Virus record (IMG/VR): IMGVR_UViG_2671180139_000002
Span: 1 to 39,802 of that record
Length of the DNA: 39,802 nt
Strand: one strand, 5' to 3'
Source: a virus
Taxonomy: Duplodnaviria > Heunggongvirae > Uroviricota > Caudoviricetes
In this document: in pieces, positions 18,016-26,794 of the stretch
Layout of the letters: every line of letters starts with the position of its first letter
Numbering within the stretch: the stretch's first letter is position 1
Program-made: the position numbers and the translations under genes
Notes under the pieces: model-generated
Databases searched by the model: none
What the model saw: only the letters and a program-made list of their open reading frames with translations
What the model was told of the DNA's origin: nothing

Positions 18016-18656
18016 TTCGTCTCCACGTCGACGCGCTCGCGGAAGCGCTTGGTGATGGTGAGGTCCGGTCCCAGTTCGTCCTTGAGATCGGTGTGGGTTG
18101 TGGCGACCATCAGGGTCTTGCCCTGCGCGCGAGCGACCTTCTGGACGTTGAAGGCGATGACCTTCGCGGTGACGCGGTCGAGCACGGCGCCAAATTCGTC
18201 GGCGATCCAGACGTCGGCGCCGGATTCCATGACCTTGGCAAGCTTCAGGCGGTAGCGCTGACCGTCGGAGAGCTCAGATGGCTTGCGGATGTAGATCCAG
18301 GCGTCGGAAATGCCGGCCTTGGCGAGAAGATCGGCGGCTTCGGTCGTGGTACGGCCCACGAGCTCGATCACCGGACGATCCTCCAGCTCGATTTCGTTCA
18401 GATCCGCGACCTTGAGCCCGGCGGCCCGCATCTGGGCGCTGAGGTCCTTGAGGAGCAGCGACTTGCCCGAGCCCGACTGCCCGGTGATGTAGACGACATC
18501 GTCGGCGCGCACGTCGAGCGCCAGGTTGTCGTAGACCACGAATTCCTTGTCGGAGAGGCCCAGGCCGAAGCCTTCGGCGATCTCCAGGACGCGCGGTGTC
18601 CGCTCCACCGACGAGGTGAACTTGCGATTGATCGTGTAGGTCATCAGTCCACCCAA
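18012..18656 (-). CDS. Stand-alone ABC-type ATPase
   Basis: GQSGSGKS Walker A, LSDGQ signature, ADEFGA Walker B, H-switch THH; no permease nearby. Confidence 0.85.
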   Translation of the reverse strand: MGGLMTYTINRKFTSSVERTPRVLEIAEGFGLGLSDKEFVVYDNLALDVRADDVVYITGQSGSGKSLLLKDLSAQMRAAGLKVADLNEIELEDRPVIELVGRTTTEAADLLAKAGISDAWIYIRKPSELSDGQRYRLKLAKVMESGADVWIADEFGAVLDRVTAKVIAFNVQKVARAQGKTLMVATTHTDLKDELGPDLTITKRFRERVDVETK

Positions 18657-19018
18657 TCCAGGTCGGGATCGTCAAAGCCTTCCGGCGGCTGGCTCGGATC
18701 GACCCCGTCGGCGAGCAGCAGCAGATCGGACTTCAGAAGTTCGAGGTCTCCCACCATGCGCAGCGGGCCGACCTCCGGATCAGGCGGAAGCACGAGATAG
18801 TGGACGAAGCCGCGGTCCCGGGCATTCCAGACCACCGCTGCGAAGCCCTGTAGCTCCCCTGTGTCGACGCGCTCCTTCAAGCGGGCGAGTGCATCCTGGG
18901 TCGCTATATCGGGCCGAGCGGGGTCTGGTTCGTGAACGGGCGGCGGAGGCACGTACACATCGCGGGTCGCGATGCTCAGAACCTTCCGATCCTCCGCAGT
19001 CTCTGGCGAGTCCGTCAT
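18644..19018 (-). CDS. Hypothetical protein
   Basis: Fills the operon gap; phage-like codon usage. Confidence 0.6.
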   Translation of the reverse strand: MTDSPETAEDRKVLSIATRDVYVPPPPVHEPDPARPDIATQDALARLKERVDTGELQGFAAVVWNARDRGFVHYLVLPPDPEVGPLRMVGDLELLKSDLLLLADGVDPSQPPEGFDDPDLDWVD

Positions 19019-19035
19019 GAGTCAGTCCTGACTTT
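19018..19035. promoter_or_regulatory. Palindromic motif copy
   Basis: TGAGTCAGTCCTGACTTT, spanning a stop-start gap. Confidence 0.6.
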
Positions 19036-19699
19036 AGATGTAGCCTGCGGAGTTGAGGTGCTCGAGGAAGGCGTCAGCCCCCTTCTTGCCCGTTTCCGCC
19101 TCAAGCTTGGTCATGAAAGCCCGGATGCGCCGGGACTGGAGGATCGTCACGCGCTTGAAGCCGAAGGCGTCGCCGATGGGTGCCGCGCTCTCGTCGATCT
19201 CGCCGACCTTCTTGGCGTTTTCGGTCTTCTGGGTCTCCACCGCGGCGCTGATGTCATCCACGAACGCGCCGAGATCGAGATCGCCGATATCGTCGGCCGC
19301 GAACTCGATCTCCTTGAGATCGAAGCCCGTCAGATCCATGTCGAAGCCGTTCTTGAGGAGCTCGGAAAGCTCGTCATTGATCAGCTTCATGTCGTAGTCG
19401 GTGGAGGCGACGCGGTTGTCGGCCAGGCGCAGGGCATTCGCCTGTTCCTTGCTGAGGTCGTTGCGAACAACCACCGGGACCTTCTTCAGGCCCAGCTTCA
19501 GCGCGGCAAGGCGACGCCCGTGACCGGCGATGATCACATAGTCCCGGTCGACGACGATCGGCTGCGACCAGCCGAGACCCTGAATGGCCTTGGCGAGCTT
19601 CTCGACCTGCTCGGGGGAATGGATCTTGGCGTTTCCGGCGTAGGGCTTCAGGCTTTCGAGCGGCAACAGCTCGACCGAGATCTTGTCACTCGTCGTCAT
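19034..19699 (-). CDS. ParB/Srx N-terminal domain protein
   Basis: LKPY..NAKIH...PIVVD...IIAGHGR.LAALKLG. Confidence 0.85.
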   Translation of the reverse strand: MTTSDKISVELLPLESLKPYAGNAKIHSPEQVEKLAKAIQGLGWSQPIVVDRDYVIIAGHGRRLAALKLGLKKVPVVVRNDLSKEQANALRLADNRVASTDYDMKLINDELSELLKNGFDMDLTGFDLKEIEFAADDIGDLDLGAFVDDISAAVETQKTENAKKVGEIDESAAPIGDAFGFKRVTILQSRRIRAFMTKLEAETGKKGADAFLEHLNSAGYI

Positions 19700-19877
19700 T
19701 GTCTTCCATCCTGGAGAGGTAGGTCATGAGCTCGCGCTCGTCGGGCAGATCGTCGTCGATCCGCTCCTCGAAGAATTCGCCGGCGCCGCAGCGCACGCAG
19801 AGGGGCGAGGGGCGCGAAGGCGAGTAGAAACGGCAGTCCCGGCAATCCTCAAACTTCGGCTTGAACCGGGTATTCAT
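19686..19877 (-). CDS. Small Cys-rich (CxxC...CxxC) protein
   Basis: Overlaps both ParB-like genes; four cysteines. Confidence 0.6.
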   Translation of the reverse strand: MNTRFKPKFEDCRDCRFYSPSRPSPLCVRCGAGEFFEERIDDDLPDERELMTYLSRMEDNDDE

Positions 19878-20545
19878 GCCTCGTCGGTCTCCTCGAGACC
19901 TTCCGCGCCCATCACGAGGTGGATCAGCGCGTCGCCGGCATTGGTGAGATCGTCGGAAGAGGTGTAGCCGAAGCGCTTCTGGGTCTGGGCGATCAGCGCA
20001 GTGAGGCGCTCGGAATCGCCGATCGACACCTTGAAGCGCATCACCGTGTGCGTTTTGGGTGCCTTTGCCGCTGGCGGCTCTTCGATTTCGGCTGACTTGT
20101 CGAAGTTTTCGTCTAACTCAAGCTCGTCCAGCGCTATGTCTACGCTTGAGAAGATCGAAGTGATGTCTGCGTCGGTGTAGGGAAGGAACTGTTGAAGGTC
20201 GTCAGCCGTGCCGATATCCTTCAGAAGGTCTGCCAAAGACAGCGTGTCGTCCGCGCCGTAGCGAGCATTGTCGGCGAGCGAGATCTCCTTGGCCTTCTGG
20301 TCATCGATCGGTCCCAGGTTCATGACCGGGACTTCCTTCAGACCGAGGCGCTGCGCCGACTCCCAGCGATGCTCGCCGCCCAGAATCTCGTAATCGTCCC
20401 CTACCTCACGCACGATGATCGGCTTGAAGAAGCCGAAGCGCTTGATCGCCTCGTCGAGCTTGGTCTCGTTCTCCGGCGAGACGAAGTTCGTGTTCCAGTC
20501 ATTGGCCCGCAAAAGGGCGGGATCGAGAGAAAGGGCTTCAGCCAC
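19874..20545 (-). CDS. ParB/Srx N-terminal domain protein
   Basis: WNTN....KPIIVRE...YEILGGEHRW. Confidence 0.85.
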   Translation of the reverse strand: MAEALSLDPALLRANDWNTNFVSPENETKLDEAIKRFGFFKPIIVREVGDDYEILGGEHRWESAQRLGLKEVPVMNLGPIDDQKAKEISLADNARYGADDTLSLADLLKDIGTADDLQQFLPYTDADITSIFSSVDIALDELELDENFDKSAEIEEPPAAKAPKTHTVMRFKVSIGDSERLTALIAQTQKRFGYTSSDDLTNAGDALIHLVMGAEGLEETDEA

Positions 20546-20554
20546 CTGGCTTTC

Positions 20555-20584
20555 CTATGATAAGTCAGCGCTTACTTATCATAG
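20555..20584. promoter_or_regulatory. Extended 30-bp palindrome containing the motif, at the divergent ParB/helicase junction
   Basis: CTATGATAAGTCAGCGCTTACTTATCATAG. Confidence 0.8.
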
Positions 20585-20603
20585 ATCCTCAGGCTGGCAA
20601 GCG

Positions 20604-20621
20604 GAAATCAATAATGACTTA
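20604..20621. promoter_or_regulatory. Palindromic motif copy over the helicase start codon
   Basis: GAAATCAATAATGACTTA. Confidence 0.6.
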
Positions 20622-22200
20622 TCATGTGACCATCGCCGCGAACGCCACTGTCGCCAAGCTCATCAATCCTGAGAAGGAGGTGAAGGACATCGTTTCCGAG
20701 CTTCTGTCCTATCAGGTGGAGGGCAAGGAGTTCATGAGTGGCTTCCAGAGCGGCACCTGGGATGGTCGCTCCTCGTTCTTCTCACACCGCACGGCAAGCT
20801 TCCCGGCGGGCTTCGTCCATCTGGTGCATTCCGAGCTGACGCGCCGCGGCCACAAGGTGAACCTGGTGCGCAAACCCGCACCGGCACCGCTCGGGCCGGA
20901 GAACCCGATCGTCGACGAGTTCGGCAACGACGATCCCCGCTACGACTACCAGCTCAAGGCTTTGCGCCAGGTCGAGCGTCACGGCCGCGGGATCGTGCAG
21001 ATCGCGACCGGTGGCGGCAAATCCAAGATCGCCAAGCTGCTCGTCGCCCGCTATCGGCGCATGACGCTGTTTCTGACCACCCGCGGCGTTCTCATGTACC
21101 AGATGAAGGAAGGCTTCGAGTCCACCGGCTTCAATGTCGGTGTTGTGGGCGATGGCGTCTGGTCGCCGGTGAAGGGCGCCAACGTCGGAATGGTGCAGAC
21201 GCTGGTTGCCCGGCTGCAGGAGCCGGATCTCGACGCCGAGGTGCGCAAGGTCATCGAGGAGGTGAACCTCAAGGAGATCAAGGCCACCAAGGATCAGATT
21301 CTGGAGCTTGCCCAGCAGCGCTTCCGTGAAAAGCAGATCACGCGCGCCCGCACCATCAAGTTCCTGGAGATGGTCGAGGTCGTCATCGGCGAGGAAGCGC
21401 ACGAGGCCGGCGGCAACAGCTATTTCGAGATCCTGCGCCACTGCAAGAACGCCAACATCCGGGTCGCTCTGACTGCCACGCCGTTCATGCGCGACGACGC
21501 CGAAGACAACATGCGGCTGATGGCGGCGTTCGGACCCATCCTAATCAAGGTGAGCGAGGACACGCTGATCAAACGCGGCATTCTCGCCCGGCCCTACTTC
21601 AAGTTCGTGGACTCGCGGCCGCATCCAAAGCTGCGCAAGACTTCGCCTTGGCAGCGCGCCTATCAGCTCGGCTACACCGAGAACACCTTCATGCACGAGG
21701 ACATCATCAACGATGTGATCCTGGCGGCACAGCACGGGCTCCCGGTGATGACGCTGATCCAGCGCAAGCAGCACGGGCTCACGCTGAAGAAGGCGATGCA
21801 GGAAAAGGGCCTGAGGGTCGAGTTCATCCAGGGCGAGAACGATCAGGACGCTCGAAAGGCGGCGCTAAAGAAACTCGGCAGCGGCAAGATCGACGTTCTG
21901 ATCGGCACCACCATCCTCGATGTCGGTGTCGACGTTCCGGCGGTGGGCCTGGTGCAGCTCGCTGGCGGCGGAAAGGCAGAGGTCGCCCTTCGTCAGCGCA
22001 TCGGCCGCGGACTTCGCTCCAAGAAGCCGCCGTTCCCGAATGTGGCGTTCATCGCGGACTATTCCAGCAACGTCAACATCACCCTGCGCGATCACACTCG
22101 TCAGCGCCGGGCCGTCGTGGATTCAACGCCGGGCTTTGCTGAGAACGTCGTGATCGATTTCGATTGGTCGATCTTCAAAAGCATGAAGAAGGCTGCGTGA
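20614..22200 (+). CDS. Superfamily 2 (DExH-like) helicase
   Basis: ATGGGKS, EEAH, TAT, T.ILDVGVDVP and QRIGRGLR motifs; ATG 20614 preferred. Confidence 0.9.
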   Translation: MTYHVTIAANATVAKLINPEKEVKDIVSELLSYQVEGKEFMSGFQSGTWDGRSSFFSHRTASFPAGFVHLVHSELTRRGHKVNLVRKPAPAPLGPENPIVDEFGNDDPRYDYQLKALRQVERHGRGIVQIATGGGKSKIAKLLVARYRRMTLFLTTRGVLMYQMKEGFESTGFNVGVVGDGVWSPVKGANVGMVQTLVARLQEPDLDAEVRKVIEEVNLKEIKATKDQILELAQQRFREKQITRARTIKFLEMVEVVIGEEAHEAGGNSYFEILRHCKNANIRVALTATPFMRDDAEDNMRLMAAFGPILIKVSEDTLIKRGILARPYFKFVDSRPHPKLRKTSPWQRAYQLGYTENTFMHEDIINDVILAAQHGLPVMTLIQRKQHGLTLKKAMQEKGLRVEFIQGENDQDARKAALKKLGSGKIDVLIGTTILDVGVDVPAVGLVQLAGGGKAEVALRQRIGRGLRSKKPPFPNVAFIADYSSNVNITLRDHTRQRRAVVDSTPGFAENVVIDFDWSIFKSMKKAA

Positions 22201-22207
22201 CCTCGCT

Positions 22208-22420
22208 ATGTCCCGTCAGATGACACGCAACAAACCCAATCCGGTCCATGTCTTCGAGCGCGACGGCGCCTCCAAGCTCAACAGCGAGCATCTGGCCCGC
22301 GAGAACGACAGGCTCGGCCGTGAGAACGCCGATCTGCGCCGGCGGCTGAAAGCGGCTCAGGAGCGGCTGCGCTTCGTCGGCGACCCGCCGCCCGAGGAAG
22401 ACCGACTCCGTTTTCACTGA
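22208..22420 (+). CDS. Small coiled-coil hypothetical protein
   Basis: Follows the helicase stop by 7 bp. Confidence 0.55.
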   Translation: MSRQMTRNKPNPVHVFERDGASKLNSEHLARENDRLGRENADLRRRLKAAQERLRFVGDPPPEEDRLRFH

Positions 22421-22466
22421 TCTGACGCTCCGCTGATCGCGGGGCGTTTCTGCTCGTCCGTGATCA

Positions 22467-22484
22467 TCAATAAATATTGACTTA
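22467..22484. promoter_or_regulatory. Palindromic motif copy at the dNMP kinase start
   Basis: TCAATAAATATTGACTTA. Confidence 0.55.
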
Positions 22485-23062
22485 TGAAAGACAAAGACAT
22501 GCAGCTCCCGCGTTTGATTGGCATCTGCGGCAATCCTCGCTCGGGCAAGTCCGAAGCGCAACGCATCCTGAAAGAGCAGTACGGCGTGCAGCCGGTGGAT
22601 GATGGCTTCGCGCTCCGGCACTTCGCCGTGCGTCACCTGGGTCTCTCCTGGGAAGACGTGCAGACGCAGGAGGGCAAGGCCCGCTACACCGATATCCTCG
22701 GCGGCACCTGGCAGAACCGGGAGATCCTGGGCGAACTCGGCAACAAGCTGGAAGGGATGTTCGGAGAGCACATCATGCCCTTCATGGCGACCCGCGGGCT
22801 GCCGGCCGAGGGCAGCTTCTCCTTCGGGTCCGTTCGTAAGCTGCAGGGCGAGTTCTTCCGGGCTCAGGGCGGCGTGGTGATCGAGATCAGCAATCCGCTC
22901 GCGCCGCCTTCACCCTACGACTTCGACTGGTACTCACGCGAGGCTGTCAACTTCACCATCGAGAACGACGCGCTGGCCCGCGGGCTGCCCGCCGAGGAAG
23001 CCAGGCTCGATCTGGCGGCGAAAATTCATGAGCTGGCGCTGCGGATGGTTGAAAGCTCCTGA
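22484..23062 (+). CDS. Deoxynucleoside monophosphate kinase-like P-loop kinase
   Basis: LIGICGNPRSGKS, resembling T4 gp1-type dNMP kinases. Confidence 0.7.
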   Translation: MKDKDMQLPRLIGICGNPRSGKSEAQRILKEQYGVQPVDDGFALRHFAVRHLGLSWEDVQTQEGKARYTDILGGTWQNREILGELGNKLEGMFGEHIMPFMATRGLPAEGSFSFGSVRKLQGEFFRAQGGVVIEISNPLAPPSPYDFDWYSREAVNFTIENDALARGLPAEEARLDLAAKIHELALRMVESS

Positions 23063-23514
23063 TGTCGATCCTGCAGGATATTCCGGTCTCCGTTCAGCTC
23101 GACCTCAACAACCTCTTCGTCGGTGAGAAGCTGGGTCATGGCTGGCATCGGGAGGTCTACGCCCATGCGCTGGACCCGAGCCTCGTCATCAAGCTGGAGA
23201 CCAAGGACAGTAAGCAGTTCTGCAACATCCACGAATGGGCGATCTGGGATGAGTTCAAGGACGATCCGGAGCTTTCCAAGTGGTTCGCGCCTTGCGTGGC
23301 GATTTCTGCGAACGGCTCGGTCCTGGTTCAGAAGCGAACCGGCCCGATCGCGAAGCGCCCTGCCCGCATCCCCAGCCTGCTGGCAGATACCCACATCAAC
23401 AACTGGGGCACCTATAAGCGACGGGCCGTGATGCACGATTATGGCAACCACAACCTGTTCGATGTCGCCCGCAAGAAGTGGAAGATGGTCGACCTTCCCG
23501 TGGACACGTACTGA
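23062..23514 (+). CDS. Minimal protein-kinase-like fold protein
   Basis: LGHGWHREVY, VIK, DTHINNWG and DYG motifs. Confidence 0.65.
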   Translation: MSILQDIPVSVQLDLNNLFVGEKLGHGWHREVYAHALDPSLVIKLETKDSKQFCNIHEWAIWDEFKDDPELSKWFAPCVAISANGSVLVQKRTGPIAKRPARIPSLLADTHINNWGTYKRRAVMHDYGNHNLFDVARKKWKMVDLPVDTY

Positions 23515-23587
23515 CCCGGGCTGGCCCTTTAACCGAACGTTAGTTAACGATGTGGCGTTTTAGCGAAAACGCGCGAGCCGCCACATC

Positions 23588-24232
23588 ATGCCTGTATCTC
23601 TCAGCATCGCCTGTCTTTCGCAGAAAGGCGGCGTCGGAAAATCGACACTCTCCCGCCTGATCGCCCGCACCTATGCCGCCGCGGAGTGGCGCGTGAAGAT
23701 CGCGGACTTCAATCCCAAGCAGAAAACCAGCGTCGACTGGGTCGCCCTCCGCCTGGAGCAGGGTGTCACCCCGGAGATCGCCGCGGAAGCCTTCAACTCC
23801 GTCAAGACGGCCCTCAAGCAGGACTACGATCTGATGGTGTTCGACGGGCGCCCGGATTCCGAGCCCACAACCCTCGAGATCGCCAAGGAGGCGGATCTCA
23901 TCGTGCTGCCCTCCGGCGTCTCCCTGGACGACATGAAGCCCCAGGTCCTCTTCGCCCACGAGCTCCGCGCCCGCGGTATCGACGCCAAGAAGATCATGTT
24001 CGTGATCAACAAAACGGCCGACAGCCAGGTCGCGATCGCGGATGCACACCGGTATCTCTCCGACGCCGGCTACAAGGTCGCCAAGAACGACCTGCCGATG
24101 AAGACCGGCTACCAGATCGCCCAGAACAGCGGCCGAGCCGTCTCGGAGACGGGCTTTCCCACGCTCAACGAGCGCGCCGAGGCGCTTGCAGGTGAAATCG
24201 TCGCCCGCGCGACGGAATTGACGGGTGAATGA
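23588..24232 (+). CDS. parA: ParA family partition ATPase
   Basis: KGGVGKST deviant Walker A; DFN..Q; FDGRP. Confidence 0.92.
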   Translation: MPVSLSIACLSQKGGVGKSTLSRLIARTYAAAEWRVKIADFNPKQKTSVDWVALRLEQGVTPEIAAEAFNSVKTALKQDYDLMVFDGRPDSEPTTLEIAKEADLIVLPSGVSLDDMKPQVLFAHELRARGIDAKKIMFVINKTADSQVAIADAHRYLSDAGYKVAKNDLPMKTGYQIAQNSGRAVSETGFPTLNERAEALAGEIVARATELTGE

Positions 24233-24489
24233 CGATGGCGAGCAATGTTCCCAAGCCCCCAAGGGCACCCAGGCAGCGTCTGATGGTCTCGGCGCCGACG
24301 CCGACTTTCACGCCCGACAACCTGTCGAAGTCACCTGAGGAGCTGAAGGATCTCAACTTCAAGGTCTCGCCGGATCTGCATCGCGACTTCAAGTTGACGG
24401 CGACCGCCTGGGGCATGTCAATGAAGGAGCTTCTCGAGGCCGCCTACAAGGGCTGGGTGGAGAAGCACGGGAAGTTCCCAGGGGAGTGA
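24229..24489 (+). CDS. Small RHH-type centromere-binding partner (type Ib ParG-like)
   Basis: Coupled to parA; flexible N-terminus, then LNFKVSPDLHRDFKLTATAWGMSMKELL. Confidence 0.75.
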   Translation: MTMASNVPKPPRAPRQRLMVSAPTPTFTPDNLSKSPEELKDLNFKVSPDLHRDFKLTATAWGMSMKELLEAAYKGWVEKHGKFPGE

Positions 24490-24732
24490 TGATGCGGGGG
24501 TCTTGGTGACGATCTCAATGGGTGGATGCCCGTGTAGTGGCAACCCGAATTGTTGATTTGCTAATCGGCAAATCAGCTATAGTTCACATTGGACGACATT
24601 CGAGAGGGCATCCCAATGCGGAGTGCAGCGCTGCGGCGGCCAGCGTCATCCACGTCCAGGCCGGAAAGACAAAGACCTTCCATCGGGCACAACTCCATCT
24701 GGAAGACCTCTTCGGAGGGAAAGGCAGGGAGA

Positions 24733-25068
24733 ATGTACGCAATCGCATTCGACATGGATCAGGAGGCGCTAGCTGCGCACTATCCAGGTAATTCTCCTAA
24801 CAACGCTTATGAGTCCGTGCGCCGAGTTTTGGAGCGATTCGGTTTTCATCGGCAGCAAGGAAGCGTTTATTTCGGCAACGATACCGTGACGCCGGTCACA
24901 TGCGTCATGGCAGTGCAGGCGATGCAGAAACGGTATCCTTGGTTCGGGAAGGCCGTTTCCGACATTCGGATGCTTCGCATCGAAGAGCACAGCGATTTGC
25001 TTCCGGCGATTGCGGAACTGGAACTTGAATTAGAAGAGCCAGACGCGAATTTTGCTACCTCAGCTTAG
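24733..25068 (+). CDS. vapD: VapD family (Cas2-like) nuclease
   Basis: MYAIAFDMD...AY..V...L...GF.RQQGSVY...VSDIRMLRIEE..DL. Confidence 0.88.
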   Translation: MYAIAFDMDQEALAAHYPGNSPNNAYESVRRVLERFGFHRQQGSVYFGNDTVTPVTCVMAVQAMQKRYPWFGKAVSDIRMLRIEEHSDLLPAIAELELELEEPDANFATSA

Positions 25069-25186
25069 GTGCTGTGGCGTGCAAGAGAACGAGCCGCATT
25101 TCTGCGACAGGGCGCCCACAGGAGAAGCATAGCCGTGTTGTCGTTCAGAGTATGACCGTTATCGGGGCAGAGTTCGTCTGCTTGAG

Positions 25187-25702
25187 CTAAAAGCCTGCTT
25201 CCTTGCTGGCCTTGTCAATTGCGGGAAGCCAAGTGCGCAGGCTTTTATCCTTCAATTGAAGGACGCTTTCACGATCAAGGATCGAGTCCTTGTCAACAAG
25301 GACCGATTCGCTCATTCCAATAGCTCGCATATTGCGCTGGGAATCCGTCTCGTTTGCCAGACGCAGCAACCCGCGTCCTGTATAATACGCAAGGTCCGTG
25401 CAAAGCCCTTTAGCTTTGTCGCTCTTCTCATAATCTCCGAGAGCAATCCCTTCGATGTAGCAGGCAGCTTCCCAAATGCGGAACCGGGTCTTCCCTTCAG
25501 CCCATCCTAAGGGAGATAGGGGAAAAAGCCATTTCCAGCACGCAATAAGCATCCACCCGAAAGCTCCATAGATGGACACTATTCCCCCGACGGTCAAAAG
25601 CGGCCAGCCGATCCAAGGCGGCAGGGTCGGGATCGTCATGGGAAGAACCCACGAGCAAAAGGTGATTCCCCGCAATGCAATCGTTTTGTGCCAAGCCCTC
25701 AT
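25187..25702 (-). CDS. Accessory membrane-anchored hypothetical protein (start uncertain, possibly 25639)
   Basis: N-terminal hydrophobic segment; lower GC than flanking phage genes. Confidence 0.5.
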   Translation of the reverse strand: MRAWHKTIALRGITFCSWVLPMTIPTLPPWIGWPLLTVGGIVSIYGAFGWMLIACWKWLFPLSPLGWAEGKTRFRIWEAACYIEGIALGDYEKSDKAKGLCTDLAYYTGRGLLRLANETDSQRNMRAIGMSESVLVDKDSILDRESVLQLKDKSLRTWLPAIDKASKEAGF

Positions 25703-26134
25703 ACCGACAGGTTTGCATTACGACTGACTTCATTGCGAGTCATCTCCGCGCGAGCTGCGATCAGGTGGTTCCGAATATTCAAATTGAGCGAACGAGCTCC
25801 TGAGCGCCGGAGATGTCGGGAATGTTGCGGGATGTTGGGTGAGCCAAGGCTAGGAACCGCGGGTTCCTGCGGGCGCCAAGGATAGGTCACCGGAAGAGAG
25901 GCGAGCCAGAAGGCATCCCCCTGGCACACGCAAAATTTTTCTAGGACATCGACCCCTGTGGCGGGGAAGTCACGCGCAAGCACACCACCAATCCCACTCG
26001 CAACGCGCTCGCATGTGACTCGAAAGTCACACGCTCTAGAACGCTTTTAGAAGCTCACTGACAGCGATTTAGCGAATGAGCTACGAGCGTAGCAGAGAGC
26101 GCTAGAAACGCTCTCTGTGTCGCTCTGTGATCGT

Positions 26135-26722
26135 TTATTGCAGCTTCGCAAGCAGCGCTTTCGTCACGTCGCTTTCTGTGTTGAGCGTGTAGCAGATCGC
26201 ATTGCTTTCGTCGCGCGTTTCGCGAAGCACATCGAACATTTGCAGCGCATTGATTGAAGATGACGACTGCGTTGAAGCAGTATTAGCAGCGACGTGTTTC
26301 ATGTACTTAACAATGATCTTTTCGCGCTTTGCATCGCTCTTGCAAGACATAGAGCACGCGCTGATAGCGTCTTTGTGTGTCATGCGAAGTTCTGCGTTCT
26401 GAAATGCTTGCGCAGTCAGAAGAATAGCGCGCGTGTAGTGATTAAGCTGCGCTGCGCTTGCGCAAGCGCGAGCAACGTTGATGACTTTTTCAGAGGCATA
26501 CACGTTGAAGCGTGCATTGCTACGTTCTGCGCGATTGATGAAAGTAGCATCGACGTTTGCAGCGAGCATGATGCTTGCGATTGCGTCGTGATCGACGCTC
26601 TTTTTCATCGTCGCGAGCGTGTTTTGCATCGACGTGTTTTCGCTATTCTTAGCGCTTTCGTAAGTAGCGCGAGCGTCGAAAGCGGCGATGAGCGAAGCGC
26701 GGTAGGCAGTGACGTCGGACAT
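26135..26722 (-). CDS. Hypothetical 195-aa protein lacking Gly/Pro/Trp; paralog of 28638-29636
   Basis: ATG 26722 preceded by GAGAG and a sigma70-like promoter; aligns by eye with the 332-aa protein (LAANxD, NVYA, TAxTQxSS). Confidence 0.85.
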   Translation of the reverse strand: MSDVTAYRASLIAAFDARATYESAKNSENTSMQNTLATMKKSVDHDAIASIMLAANVDATFINRAERSNARFNVYASEKVINVARACASAAQLNHYTRAILLTAQAFQNAELRMTHKDAISACSMSCKSDAKREKIIVKYMKHVAANTASTQSSSSINALQMFDVLRETRDESNAICYTLNTESDVTKALLAKLQ

Positions 26723-26766
26723 GGTGTTCTCTCTGTGTTTGTTATGTGTCGTTATCGACAAGATGC

Positions 26767-26794
26767 AGAATAGAGCTTTGACAGAACGGGTCAA
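26767..26794 (-). promoter_or_regulatory. Sigma70-like promoter TTGACC-N16-TATTCT
   Basis: -35 at 26789-26794 and -10 at 26767-26772, about 45 bp upstream of ATG 26722. Confidence 0.5.

Noticed and set aside
18012-18656. ABC transporter
   Set aside because: No permease or binding protein nearby; context is a phage enzyme cluster.
24589-24732. N-terminal extension of vapD
   Set aside because: VapD motif begins at MYAIAFD (24733), which has GGGAG just upstream.
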